NCBI GenBank assembly: GCA_035758565.1
Contig: DASTXL010000002.1
Span: 147,118-211,117 of the forward strand
Source of the DNA: Candidatus Saccharimonadales bacterium
Lineage (GTDB): Bacteria > Patescibacteriota > Saccharimonadia > Saccharimonadales > UBA10212
Length of the DNA: 64,000 nucleotides
Reading direction: 5' to 3'
Shown here: positions 53,628-64,000 of the stretch, piece by piece
How the letters are laid out: every line of letters begins with the position of its first letter
Position numbering within the stretch: the first letter of the stretch is position 1
Made by a program: the position numbers and the translations under genes
Notes under the pieces: generated by a model
Told to the model about the DNA's origin: nothing
Database searches by the model: none
The model's input: the letters and a program-made list of their open reading frames with translations, nothing else

Positions 53628-54488
53628 TTATTTTTTCTCCATTTCCTTATCGACGTAATTCTTGAGTTCGCTATGCCAGTCGCTGAGCTGAGCCCCGGAA
53701 GACTTTATTTTAGTTAAGTCCATAGCGCTCTTTAAAGGTCGAGGTGAACTTTCGGGCTTGCTGGCGAAGTACTCCGCTGTTGTAGTGTCGGTAACCTTCA
53801 GGTCTTTACGGCCCATATACTCAAAGATTAGGCGAGTGATATCGGCCCAAGAAGCCGGGTCTCCATCATTTGAGACATTATAGATTCCAAATTCAATTTG
53901 ATTTCTTAGTGCATGGTCGATGACATCAACCAGCGTGGGCGTAAAGGTCAGGCGGCCTACTTGATCCGCTACTACGGTCGGCGAAACATTCTTTTCGGCC
54001 AAACCCATCATGGTACGGACGAAATTGTGGCCCTCGCCAATTAACCAGGAAATACGAAAAATGTAGTGCTTGGGTGTCAGGCCGGCCACGATTTCACTCG
54101 CTGCTTTAGTTTGTGCGTAAACGCCCAGCGGCGAATAAGGCTCATTGACGGCGTGATTGTCTTTGGTGCCGTCAAAAACATACTCTGTTGAAACATGAAC
54201 CAGAGTCAAATTATTCACCTGAGCAGCTTCAACTAGATGAGCTACCGCCTGAGCATTGACTCTCCAAGCCGCCACTCGGCCTTCAGGTGTTTCGGCCGCG
54301 TCAACATTCGTAAATGCGGCAGCGTTGATTATCGCATCGATGTTAGACCAATTGTAGCCAAGTACGCTATCGCGATTAGTGATATCCATCTGATCGATGT
54401 CGGCTGATTGAGCATTTGGATATTTTTGGCGTAGGGCGGTGCCTAGCTGACCATTAGCGCCGGCAATAAAAATCTTTGAACCGTCCAT
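53628..54488 (-). CDS. rmlD: dTDP-4-dehydrorhamnose reductase
   Basis: IFIAGANGQLG...STEYVFDG...YAQTKAASE (YxxxK). Confidence 0.9.
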   Translation of the reverse strand: MDGSKIFIAGANGQLGTALRQKYPNAQSADIDQMDITNRDSVLGYNWSNIDAIINAAAFTNVDAAETPEGRVAAWRVNAQAVAHLVEAAQVNNLTLVHVSTEYVFDGTKDNHAVNEPYSPLGVYAQTKAASEIVAGLTPKHYIFRISWLIGEGHNFVRTMMGLAEKNVSPTVVADQVGRLTFTPTLVDVIDHALRNQIEFGIYNVSNDGDPASWADITRLIFEYMGRKDLKVTDTTTAEYFASKPESSPRPLKSAMDLTKIKSSGAQLSDWHSELKNYVDKEMEKK

Positions 54489-55057
54489 TAAATCTCCATC
54501 GGGATTACATTATCTAGCATTGGGTGAGCAGCATCCTTATCAGAAATAATGGCCTGGTCTTTTGGAATTGGCCAGCTTATTCCAATGGCTGGGTCAAACA
54601 AGTTCACGAAAGTATATTTAGCATCCGGAGACCAGTGTTCGTTAACTAAATATGTATAAGTTACGTTTTCATCCAGGGTCTGGTAGCCGTTGGCCACGCC
54701 GCGCGGCACGAACACAGCTCTACCTGGATTAATCTCGAGTGTCAGAGTTTTGCCGAAGCTATCACCGGCTCGCAGGTCAACCCACGCGCCGAACACCCGA
54801 CCGTTAGCAACAGAAATAAACTTTTCCCAGGGTTCGGCATGCAGACCCCGTGTCACCCCTCGCTGCTTGTTATAGGAAAAATTATTCTGGACAACTTCAA
54901 ATTTGGGTAAGCCTAGCGCTTCCATCTTCTCTTTCTGATAATTCTCCTTAAACCAGCCGCGATTATCACCATAAACGGCCAGATCTATTTCGTAAAATCC
55001 AGGAATATCTAGCTCCCAAACCTTTAATTCTTGGAAGTCTTTAGGATCAAAAGTCAT
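54488..55057 (-). CDS. rmlC: dTDP-4-dehydrorhamnose 3,5-epimerase
   Basis: Cupin-type RmlC pattern: DNRGWFKENY...RGLHAEP...VFVPRGVANGYQTL. Confidence 0.88.
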   Translation of the reverse strand: MTFDPKDFQELKVWELDIPGFYEIDLAVYGDNRGWFKENYQKEKMEALGLPKFEVVQNNFSYNKQRGVTRGLHAEPWEKFISVANGRVFGAWVDLRAGDSFGKTLTLEINPGRAVFVPRGVANGYQTLDENVTYTYLVNEHWSPDAKYTFVNLFDPAIGISWPIPKDQAIISDKDAAHPMLDNVIPMEI

Positions 55058-56071
<1,014 letters not shown>

Positions 56072-56136
56072 TCATAAGCTAGTATATCAAGTAAATTGTC
56101 GGTGAGTTTATGTCATCTTTTTGTTAAAGTTTACTT

Positions 56137-57180
56137 ATGCCAACCAAGAAGCTGACCGCCAAAGTGCGGTTTTTTCACGCAATTACTCCGAAGAAGCTTG
56201 TAAAACCTTTAGCTTTATTTACCTTAGCTATAGCGGCGGTCGCCGCTATAGCCACCTTGGGCATAATTACTGAGCCGTCTGCTAGTAAAAAGAATGATGC
56301 CCAAACGACGCCAAAACCTGTGACGCCCCTATGTTTCAGAGGAGTATCGCTCAATATTGTTGCTCACGAAGACGATGATATTCTATTTATGAATCCTGAT
56401 ATTCAGCAAGATATTTATGATGGACGATGTGTTACAACAGTGTTCGTAGCTTCTGGAGACCCCGGTTTGGGCCTGGATTATATCAAATCGCGTGAAGCCG
56501 GTGCTCGGGCTGCCTATGCCTTTATGAGTGGCGAACCCAATAAATGGATCGAGTCCACCAGACTTTATGACGGCCGGTCAATAGAAACTTACAGTCTGGA
56601 TAATTATCCTAAAATACGGCTAATGTTTATGAGATTACCCAACAGCGACGGAGGTGCAGATGGCTTCTCGCTTTATAGCAACCAAACGTTAGAACGCTTA
56701 CGCCAAGACAAAATATCTCAGGTTGAGGCTGCGGACGGTACGGCTACCTATACTTCGTCCGATCTTGTGGCTACTTTGGCCAGTATCATACAAAAAGTTC
56801 ATCCTGATACTGTTCGTACCCAAGACTTCACAATCGCGTTTGGCAACACGGCCGGTGATCACTCTGACCACCTAGCTGTGGCTGATTATACGATTGATGC
56901 CAACGAACTCGTTAGTTATCCACACGTCCTAATTGGCTATAAAGATTATCCGATTGCCAGTTTTCCAGTTAACCTAGCACCCGCTCAGATAAAACGCAAA
57001 GAAAGCATTTGGTTTGCTTACAGCCCAAATGACAAAGAAGTCTGTGACACTATCGAAATGTGCAAAGATACAAAAGGCAACACCTACTATCAGTGGTTCT
57101 ATAGAGAATATACAGTGGGCACTATCCCCTCGTACTATTCGGTCGGCGTCCCAGCGAATGTGCCGGCCAGCATTCGTTAA
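56137..57180 (+). CDS. membrane-anchored PIG-L/LmbE-family N-deacetylase
   Basis: N-terminal TM LALFTLAIAAVAAIATLGII. Catalytic region IVAHEDDDILFMNPD matches the AHPDDE pattern. Downstream HSDH. Confidence 0.75.
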   Translation: MPTKKLTAKVRFFHAITPKKLVKPLALFTLAIAAVAAIATLGIITEPSASKKNDAQTTPKPVTPLCFRGVSLNIVAHEDDDILFMNPDIQQDIYDGRCVTTVFVASGDPGLGLDYIKSREAGARAAYAFMSGEPNKWIESTRLYDGRSIETYSLDNYPKIRLMFMRLPNSDGGADGFSLYSNQTLERLRQDKISQVEAADGTATYTSSDLVATLASIIQKVHPDTVRTQDFTIAFGNTAGDHSDHLAVADYTIDANELVSYPHVLIGYKDYPIASFPVNLAPAQIKRKESIWFAYSPNDKEVCDTIEMCKDTKGNTYYQWFYREYTVGTIPSYYSVGVPANVPASIR

Positions 57181-57211
57181 AGACATTAGCGTTTTGATAT
57201 ACTTTTAGACA

Positions 57212-57709
57212 ATGAGCAAATCTTGGGGAGCGCCAATAGTTAACTTTAAAGAGTTTGAGCGCTTGCGACCAAAGCTAGGCAAAATTGTAGCTACCAGCGG
57301 CGGCTACGACCCAATTCACCCCGGGCATATCAGTCTAATTATTGATAGCCGAAAATATGGAGATACGGTCGTAGTTATAGTGAACGGCGATGATTTTTTG
57401 AAAGCAAAAAAAGGCAAGCCGTTCCAAAACCTAGAAACCCGCTGCCTGATTGTCAGCGGCATAAAAGAAGTAGATTATGTGATACCGGCTATAACTGAAA
57501 CCGACATGAGCGTCAACCAGGCGCTGGCAGCCGTCCGGCCGCACGTCTATACCAAGGGCGGAGATACGGTTGATCCGTCGACCATTCGTGAATGGGACGT
57601 CTGTCAAAAATATAATATCGAAGTTGTTTTTGGCGTGGGCGAAGATAAGCAATGGTCGTCCAGCTGGTTCCTAAAAGACTGGGACGACGCCAAAGAAAGT
57701 CGTGTCTAA
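57212..57709 (+). CDS. cytidylyltransferase-family nucleotidyltransferase (HldC/RfaE-domain-II or TagD-like)
   Basis: VATSGGYDPIHPGHISLI (HxGH motif)...GDTVVVIVNGDDFLKAKKGKP...VYTKGGD. Confidence 0.75.
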   Translation: MSKSWGAPIVNFKEFERLRPKLGKIVATSGGYDPIHPGHISLIIDSRKYGDTVVVIVNGDDFLKAKKGKPFQNLETRCLIVSGIKEVDYVIPAITETDMSVNQALAAVRPHVYTKGGDTVDPSTIREWDVCQKYNIEVVFGVGEDKQWSSSWFLKDWDDAKESRV

Positions 57710-59058
57710 GAATTCTGCCTGATAATTTCTTGCACCCGCTCGATTAGCCGGTCTAGTTTGTCTTGAGAGCGCGATTCGGCATTTAGGCGCATCAGCGGTT
57801 CGGTATTGCTCGAGCGGACACTCATGCGCCAATCCTTAGTTTCTATTACGACGCCGTCGGTTCGGTCGATTTTGGCACCAGTTCCCAGTTCATGCTCAAT
57901 TACAGTAATGATTTTCTGAGGATTGGCTATCTCAAAGTTTATTTCGCCAGAGACTTTAAACTCCTGCATTAATGGAGCGACGAGCTCTTCTAAACTTTTA
58001 TCTCCTCGACTCATTAGTTGCATTACCAACAAAAGCGGCACAATGCCGTTATCGGCGTAAAAACTTTTCTTAAAGTAATAATGCCCGCTGGATTCACCAG
58101 CGAAGACGGCGCTTTCTTCACGCATTCGGCGCTTAATGAAAGTATGCCCTGTGCGGTTGGCGATAGCTACTCCGCCAGCCGATTCAATCGATTGCTTTAT
58201 CGGCCAGCTGGTCGTCAGATCGTAAATAATTTTAGCGCCAGGTTGCTTTTTGAGCACTTCTTCCGACAGCAGAGCGATTATGTAGCAACTGGGTATAAAC
58301 GTACCGTCGCCAGCAAAGAGAAAACAGCGATCGGCGTCGGCATCCCAGGCCACGCCTAGGTCGTAAGCTCCTTTTTTCAGTGCTTCGCTCATCTCTGCTC
58401 TGTTTTCGGGTAGCAGCGGATTTGGTGGGCCCTTTGGAAATGTGCCGTCTTGCTCCCAGTTAAGATGTTCTAGCTTTAGCCCTAGGCGATCAGCTAGTAT
58501 ATCAACACCTCGGCCAACCGCACCAAAGTTCGCATTGGCTAGTATGTTGTAGGGTTTAATCTTGCCGGCGTCCACATAACTGAGTAAGTGCTCAACATAG
58601 TCTTCAATAATTTCTTTTTTTGATGCAACGCCTTGTTTGTTTGCTACAGTTGCTTGATGCTTGGCCAACACCCAATCCTTGATGGCCTCTAACTGCTCGC
58701 TGCCAAGCGGTGCACCGCCGGCTTCGGCGAATTTAAAACCGTTATACTCGCTGGGATTGTGAGAGGCGGTTACAGAAATGCCACCGCCGTAACCATAATT
58801 TCCGACGGCGAAGTACAGTTGGTCGGTGGTGATGACGCCAATGTCGATAACATCTACACCCGACTCGATCAAGCCACGAATCAGCTCCGGCTTAAGCTTT
58901 TCGCCGGAGGCCCGCACGTCGCGGCCGACAGCGACTTTTTTGGGTTTAAGAGCAGCGGCATAGGCTCTGCCAATCAGGTAGGCCACCTGCTCATTAACCT
59001 GACCAGGGTATAGCCCCCTGACGTCATAAGCCTTAAAAATTTTGTCGAGTTCGTTCAT
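57706..59058 (-). CDS. phosphohexomutase (phosphomannomutase/phosphoglucomutase family; could also serve as GlmM)
   Basis: Active-site loop VTASHNPSEYNGFK. Metal loop WDADADRC. Sugar loop GESSGH. Confidence 0.88.
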   Translation of the reverse strand: MNELDKIFKAYDVRGLYPGQVNEQVAYLIGRAYAAALKPKKVAVGRDVRASGEKLKPELIRGLIESGVDVIDIGVITTDQLYFAVGNYGYGGGISVTASHNPSEYNGFKFAEAGGAPLGSEQLEAIKDWVLAKHQATVANKQGVASKKEIIEDYVEHLLSYVDAGKIKPYNILANANFGAVGRGVDILADRLGLKLEHLNWEQDGTFPKGPPNPLLPENRAEMSEALKKGAYDLGVAWDADADRCFLFAGDGTFIPSCYIIALLSEEVLKKQPGAKIIYDLTTSWPIKQSIESAGGVAIANRTGHTFIKRRMREESAVFAGESSGHYYFKKSFYADNGIVPLLLVMQLMSRGDKSLEELVAPLMQEFKVSGEINFEIANPQKIITVIEHELGTGAKIDRTDGVVIETKDWRMSVRSSNTEPLMRLNAESRSQDKLDRLIERVQEIIRQNS

Positions 59059-59173
59059 CTCTTATCCTTTCAACTTATCCACTGAAAAAATGTTTGCGAG
59101 TAACTTTTTATCTCTAAAGATTAATTTCATATGTGGAAATTTATTGAATCAATTATTGGTTCAATTTCCACGA

Positions 59174-61000
59174 TTATTCTACCGTAACCGACTTTGCCAA
59201 ATTGCGTGGACGATCGACATTTTTGCCCAAGCTGATCGCCACGTAATACGAGAACAGCTGCAATACAATTGCTACTAGAATTGGCTGAACCTGTTCCAGG
59301 CAGTCAGGAATGTAAATAACCTCGTCGGCGATTCTTTTAATTGATTTATTGCCTTTTGTGGCCAGGGCGACCACTGGTCCAGACCTGGCGCGGATTTCCT
59401 CAATATTAGAGTACGTTTTTTCCATCATAGAGCCATCCGGCGCGATAGCGAAGGTGGCGAAGTTTTCATCGATCATAGCCAGCGGTCCGTGCTTCATCTC
59501 GCCGGCAGCGTAACCCTCGGCGTGAATATAGCTGATTTCTTTTAGCTTCAGTGCGCCCTCCAGGGCGCAAGGGTAGTTATATCGCCGCCCAATGTATAAG
59601 AAGTTTTTATAGCCGGCAAATTTTTCGGCAATTTCTTTAATAGCGTCGGCCTGAGCCAGCACCACCTCGGCTTTACGCGGCAGCTCATCGAGCTCCTTAA
59701 GTAACGGTTCAAAAAGGTTGGTTGGCTGATGACCCAAGTGCAGAGCAATTTCGGCGAGCACTGTAACTTGGGCGATGAATGCTTTTGTGCTGGCAACGGC
59801 TCGCTCTGGTCCGGCGTGGCAGTAAACGCCAGCATCAGTTATGCGAGCGATGGTCGAACCAACAGCGTTAACAATCCCGAGCCTCAAGACCCCAGAGCCC
59901 TCAACCTTCCTCAAAGCGGCAATCGTATCGGCCGTTTCGCCGGATTGCGATATTGCCAAAACAGCCGTGCTGCGGCTCAAGGGTTCCTCGCGATATTTGA
60001 ATTCGCTAGCAAGTTGAACTTCTACCGGAATGCCAGCTAACTCTTCTATAAGGTACTCGCCCACCAGGCCAGCGTAATAGGATGTGCCGCAGGCCACAAT
60101 TATTATCCGCTCGATATATTTAAGCTGTTCGGAAATGCTCTCCAGGCCGCCTAATTTCACGGTTGAACTTTTTGGTTTAATGCGGCCAAGCGTGGCCGAG
60201 CGGATAGTTTGAGGTGCCTCAAAAATCTCTTTAAGCATAAAGTTGGGGTAGTCGCCCAAGCTTGCTTGCTCAAGGTCAAAGTCCAGCAACTCGGCGTCGC
60301 GCCTTATTTTTTTGTCGCGGTTGATGTTTTTGATGTGGTAGCCATCGCGTTTTACTACAACCAACTCGTGGTCGTCCAGATAGACAACGTTTTTAGTGTG
60401 TTCCATTACCGCCGTCGGGTCGGAAGCCAGGATATATTCGTTATCGCCAACGCCCAGAATCAACGGACTGGATAGCCGGGCGGCATAAATAGCGTCTGGA
60501 TCGCTGGCGTTAATAATGGCAATTGCGTAGGCGCCTCTTAAATCCTGGAGTGTCCGCTCAAAGGCTGACGGCATGTCAAAATCGCGCTTGAGATAGTAGT
60601 CGATTAGATGGGGAATTACCTCTGTGTCGGTTTGAGAAACAAACTGGTAGCCCTCGGCCTCGAGCCTATCGCGAAGTTCTGCAAAGTTTTCGATGATGCC
60701 GTTATGCACGACTTGTATAGTTTTGTCGCTACTTGCGTGTGGATGAGCATTGATGATGCTCGGTGCGCCGTGGGTAGCCCAGCGGGTGTGGCCAATAGCT
60801 AAAGTCGGTAAAGATTTTGTAGAACCAGCGGCTTTGGCTAGTTGCTCTACGCGGCCGACTTTTTTGATGACATTTATTTGGCCATTAGCCAAAAAAGCGA
60901 TTCCGGCCGAATCATAGCCTCTATATTCCAGGGCCTCTAGGCCCGAAATAACCGGTTCAATAGCGTTCTTACGACCAATATAACCAACAATTCCGCACAT
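59174..61000 (-). CDS. glmS: glutamine--fructose-6-phosphate aminotransferase
   Basis: MCGIVGYIG N-terminal nucleophile. Two SIS domains. C-terminal ...NLAKSVTVE. Confidence 0.95.
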   Translation of the reverse strand: MCGIVGYIGRKNAIEPVISGLEALEYRGYDSAGIAFLANGQINVIKKVGRVEQLAKAAGSTKSLPTLAIGHTRWATHGAPSIINAHPHASSDKTIQVVHNGIIENFAELRDRLEAEGYQFVSQTDTEVIPHLIDYYLKRDFDMPSAFERTLQDLRGAYAIAIINASDPDAIYAARLSSPLILGVGDNEYILASDPTAVMEHTKNVVYLDDHELVVVKRDGYHIKNINRDKKIRRDAELLDFDLEQASLGDYPNFMLKEIFEAPQTIRSATLGRIKPKSSTVKLGGLESISEQLKYIERIIIVACGTSYYAGLVGEYLIEELAGIPVEVQLASEFKYREEPLSRSTAVLAISQSGETADTIAALRKVEGSGVLRLGIVNAVGSTIARITDAGVYCHAGPERAVASTKAFIAQVTVLAEIALHLGHQPTNLFEPLLKELDELPRKAEVVLAQADAIKEIAEKFAGYKNFLYIGRRYNYPCALEGALKLKEISYIHAEGYAAGEMKHGPLAMIDENFATFAIAPDGSMMEKTYSNIEEIRARSGPVVALATKGNKSIKRIADEVIYIPDCLEQVQPILVAIVLQLFSYYVAISLGKNVDRPRNLAKSVTVE

Positions 61001-61144
61001 AGTTTTAAATAACTCTCCTTCTTAAAATGCTTGGGATAATTCGCGAGGAATAGCTATGAATTATAGAAAGGTTATTTTAACTATCAATACAAATTGGCAA
61101 CAAAAAATTGACAAAAATTCAACTGTTGTTTAATTTGTTAGAAA

Positions 61145-61906
61145 ATGATTGGTGACAAACCTACAATTCAGCAAGTGCTTAAGAATTTAGGCTTTTCTGA
61201 AGCCGAAGGCGAGACATTTTGGGCGCTCATGAATCTAGAAACCGTTTCAATTCGCAAAGTGGCGGCCGCTAGCGGTATTAATCGAGGCACGACCTACGAA
61301 GCAATTAAGAGCCTGGTTGCAGCCGGCCTGGTCACGGCCCGTAAAGTCGGCGCGCGCGAATACTTTACCGCCGAATCTCCAGATAAAATTAATGATTTGA
61401 TTCGCGACAAGCGCAAGGATTTATTGCAAGTCCAGCAAGACGCCCAAAAATTAATTCCAGAGCTTTTGGCCCGTAAAGCTCGGCCCAAAGGCCGGCCGCT
61501 AGTTAAGTATTACGAAGACGATGAAGGCGTGGTGACAATCCTACGGGATGTGTTGCAAACTTGCGGCCAGCTAGATAAGCCGGAATACCGCGTTTATTCG
61601 TCACGGCCTCTGCGCCAGTATTTATACCGCAAGTTCCCGCAATTTACGGATCGCCGGGTGCGTGAGGGCATTGCCGTAAAAGTGATTGCTGTTGGTGAGG
61701 GCGGCGACCCGGCAGAAGTAAGCGAACGTAAGTGGCTGCCGGAACCAGCTGGCGGCGAGATCTCAAGCTACGCAATTATTTATGGCGATAAAGTAGCTAA
61801 TATCTCGATTTCCAGCGACTTCACGCCTTACGGAGTGGTGATCGAAGACGCTGGTGCTGCCGCTATGCAGCGCTTATTATTCGATAAGCTTTGGCGATCT
61901 TTATAA
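61145..61906 (+). CDS. TrmB-family winged-helix transcriptional regulator
   Basis: N-terminal LKNLGFSEAEGETFWALMNLETVSIRKVAAASGINRGTTYEAIKSLVAAGLV, a typical TrmB HTH. Confidence 0.75.
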   Translation: MIGDKPTIQQVLKNLGFSEAEGETFWALMNLETVSIRKVAAASGINRGTTYEAIKSLVAAGLVTARKVGAREYFTAESPDKINDLIRDKRKDLLQVQQDAQKLIPELLARKARPKGRPLVKYYEDDEGVVTILRDVLQTCGQLDKPEYRVYSSRPLRQYLYRKFPQFTDRRVREGIAVKVIAVGEGGDPAEVSERKWLPEPAGGEISSYAIIYGDKVANISISSDFTPYGVVIEDAGAAAMQRLLFDKLWRSL

Positions 61907-62986
61907 GCCGGCTATAAACTTACTAAATTTAGTCCGGAATTCGGCGGCCGAAAATTGGCTAGCGAACTTTGCGATTTTTTCGTGGTTGAAACTATCGGGC
62001 TTAAAGTTTGCTAAAGCCCTGGCTAGTGATTTAGCGGTCTGTTCATTAAACAATAAACCCGTATCTTTAGTTACGTAATCCAGCGCGCCGCCCTGACCGT
62101 AGGCTATAACTGGCGTGCCAGCCGCCAGAGCCTCCACGGCTACAATTCCAAAATCATCCAATCCAGGGAAGATAAAAGCTTGGCTGGTCTTAAACAAATG
62201 AACGAGCTTTTCGTCGTCGGCCTGCATGAATGTAACACTTTTGCCGGCCATTTTTTTAAGACGTCGGTTATCGGGGCCTTTGCCGGTTACAATGAGCGGC
62301 ATACTGAGCTGGCTGCAAGCTTCAACCGCTAAAGCTATGCGCTTATATGGTGTTTGCCGGCCAGCCGTTATAAAGCCGCGCCGGGGTTCATCCACGTTGC
62401 CGCCGTAGCGCTCGACATCAACCGGCGGGTGAATGACATACGCCTCGCGGCCATAATATTTTTTGATTTCGGATTTAATAAAGTTAGAGTTGGCAATTAC
62501 ATAGTCTGGGCGCTGGGCGGCCTGATAGTCCCAGCGGCGCAAAGGACCAACCAGCAGCTTGAGACCCAGGCGGGCCACAGGATCAAACCGGCCAAAGCCG
62601 GGTTGTTGCATATACTCGTCGTAGCGGCTCCAATAATAGTGAGTCGGCGCATGACAATAGTTAACATGTAAAGTATTTTGACTAGTTTTAATGCCTTTAG
62701 CCTCGGCGCCAGAGCTAGAAATCACTAAATCATAATCAGAAAAATCTAATCGGCTAAACCACCAAATTCTAAGGATTGGTAGATATTTGCGCATACTCGA
62801 GAACGGCCACTTTTGCAAAAAACCAGTGATTATAGGTGCTGGTTCTAGGCGCTTGCGCCATTCGTCGGAAATGTAAGATGTGTAGATAGGTGCTTCTGGA
62901 TAGAGTTTGTGAATTTCTAAAACAACCTTTTCGGCACCGCCGCCAACAAACCAGTCGTGAACAATCGCGACTTTTGACTTGGCCAT
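61901..62986 (-). CDS. glycosyltransferase family 4
   Basis: VAIVHDWFVGGGAEKV...IFPGLDDFGIVAVEALAAGTPVIAYGQGGALD matches the GT4 E(x7)E region. Confidence 0.85.
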   Translation of the reverse strand: MAKSKVAIVHDWFVGGGAEKVVLEIHKLYPEAPIYTSYISDEWRKRLEPAPIITGFLQKWPFSSMRKYLPILRIWWFSRLDFSDYDLVISSSGAEAKGIKTSQNTLHVNYCHAPTHYYWSRYDEYMQQPGFGRFDPVARLGLKLLVGPLRRWDYQAAQRPDYVIANSNFIKSEIKKYYGREAYVIHPPVDVERYGGNVDEPRRGFITAGRQTPYKRIALAVEACSQLSMPLIVTGKGPDNRRLKKMAGKSVTFMQADDEKLVHLFKTSQAFIFPGLDDFGIVAVEALAAGTPVIAYGQGGALDYVTKDTGLLFNEQTAKSLARALANFKPDSFNHEKIAKFASQFSAAEFRTKFSKFIAGL

Positions 62987-64000
62987 TTAAAAAGCTCCGC
63001 TGCGCGAAAGTACGGCTCTGATGGTTTTGATGACAATGCTGATATCGAGCCACAGACTCCAATTCTGAACGTAATAAATGTCCAGATTGCGACGCTCTTC
63101 AAAGCTAATGTCACGCCGGCCCGAGACCTGGGCGAGCCCGGTCAATCCGGACTTAACAGCCAGGATCGTGTGGCGCTGCTCATACAACGATAGCTCCTGG
63201 GGAATTAAGGCCCGCGGACCAACAAAACTTAAATCGCCGCGAAAAATATTTATAAGCTGCGGCAACTCATCAAGACTGGAAGCACGCAGCCATTTACCGA
63301 TTGGTGTAATGCGTGGATCTTTGGGCAAGTAGTCGCCGTTGGCCCGATACTGCCGGGCAAGTTCCGGTTGCCCCATCATGGCAAAAGCTTCCTCTGGTGT
63401 GGTGCCATCATATTTTCTGTATTGTGTGCGGAATTTAAAAACTTTAAACTCCTGATCAAACCGAGTCAAGCGCACTTGGCGGAAGAAGATCGAGCCACCG
63501 CCGCTAACTAGTTCGAGTAAGGTTATAAGTAAGAAAAGCGGCGAAGTTACGATTAGTAGCAGTGAGGCAAAAATAAAATCGCAAACGCGTTTAACCACTC
63601 GGCCCCACCCAATGAGCGGCGTTTGGTGGACGGCAATAACCGGCACGGATGAACGGAACAGCTCAACATCGATATTGCCGACAAACAACTCACTGTTGCC
63701 AGGTACGAAACGAAAGGCAATATGATGCACTTGGGCAAATTCTAAAATCTCGTTATTTTTAAGGTTGTCAGCATAAAGTTCGGTTTGCAAAATAGCGTGA
63801 ATATCGTTGGCCTTTAGATCTTTGGTAGCTTCCTCAAGCGACGAAAACGTTTTTAAATGAGGGAATCTTTCGGCTGTGCGGCTTTTGCTGCCAATCACTC
63901 CCACTATCCGGTAGCCGGAAACCTTGTTGTTGGCAAGAGCGCCTACTAATTCGCGGGCAACTTTAGTGTCGCCAATAATGAGCAGATTGGTGATTCCAAT
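62987..64000 (-). CDS. polyprenyl-phosphate sugar-phosphate transferase (WbaP/WcaJ-type bacterial sugar transferase), 5' end outside window
   Basis: C-terminal catalytic domain ...SLDELPQLINIFRGDLSFVGPRALIPQE...GLTGLAQV. The reading frame stays open upstream of the track start (63904) to the window edge (IGITNLLIIGDTKVARELVGAL...). Confidence 0.85.
   Translation of the reverse strand: MGITNLLIIGDTKVARELVGALANNKVSGYRIVGVIGSKSRTAERFPHLKTFSSLEEATKDLKANDIHAILQTELYADNLKNNEILEFAQVHHIAFRFVPGNSELFVGNIDVELFRSSVPVIAVHQTPLIGWGRVVKRVCDFIFASLLLIVTSPLFLLITLLELVSGGGSIFFRQVRLTRFDQEFKVFKFRTQYRKYDGTTPEEAFAMMGQPELARQYRANGDYLPKDPRITPIGKWLRASSLDELPQLINIFRGDLSFVGPRALIPQELSLYEQRHTILAVKSGLTGLAQVSGRRDISFEERRNLDIYYVQNWSLWLDISIVIKTIRAVLSRSGAF

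Noticed and set aside
61001-61144. glmS ribozyme upstream of glmS
   Set aside because: Only about 140 nt of AT-rich sequence is shared with the divergent TrmB-like gene. None of the conserved GC-rich glmS ribozyme core segments is visible.

Overview
This is a gene-dense chromosomal window from a small-genome, apparently monoderm bacterium. ORFs are tightly packed, with many ATGA/TAATG start-stop overlaps. The gene content looks like a CPR/Patescibacteria (Saccharibacteria-like) organism, but that assignment is inference only. There are four blocks. (1) 1-5.7 kb holds housekeeping and small genes: a divergent UMP kinase, MscL, ComFC, Hsp20, tRNA-Arg(GCG) and tRNA-Ser(CGA). Both tRNA loci carry odd tRNA-derived sequence around them. 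(2) 5.7-23.1 kb is the main item: a chromosomal type IV secretion-like locus. On the minus strand sit seven tandem TrbC/VirB2-like pilin paralogues, interrupted by an inverted-repeat-flanked, frameshifted GIY-YIG mini-gene. A divergent plus-strand operon encodes a giant VirB6/TrbL-like protein, a PrgI/VirB3-like protein, a stand-alone VirB4-N-domain-like protein, a VirB4 ATPase, two large cell-wall hydrolases (LAS metallopeptidase; lytic transglycosylase plus amidase) and two unknown exported proteins. No coupling ATPase, relaxase or integrase is visible in the window. (3) 23.1-29.3 kb is the replication-origin neighbourhood: recF-dnaN-dnaA on the minus strand and rpmH-rnpA-yidC-jag on the plus strand, with DnaA-box clusters in both dnaA-flanking intergenic regions. 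(4) 29.3-64 kb is a roughly 35-kb envelope-glycan supercluster. It contains several GT4/GT2 transferases, a Wzm/Wzt ABC exporter, a split WbdD-like methyltransferase plus kinase/coiled-coil pair, and a GacI/GacJ-like GT2 plus small membrane protein. It also has two GtrA proteins, three GT-C-type membrane transferases, a UbiA-HAD-Prs triad, rmlABCD, a PIG-L deacetylase, a nucleotidyltransferase, a phosphohexomutase, glmS, a TrmB-type regulator and a priming sugar transferase. All functional calls rest on motifs I could read in the supplied translations; no database search was run.
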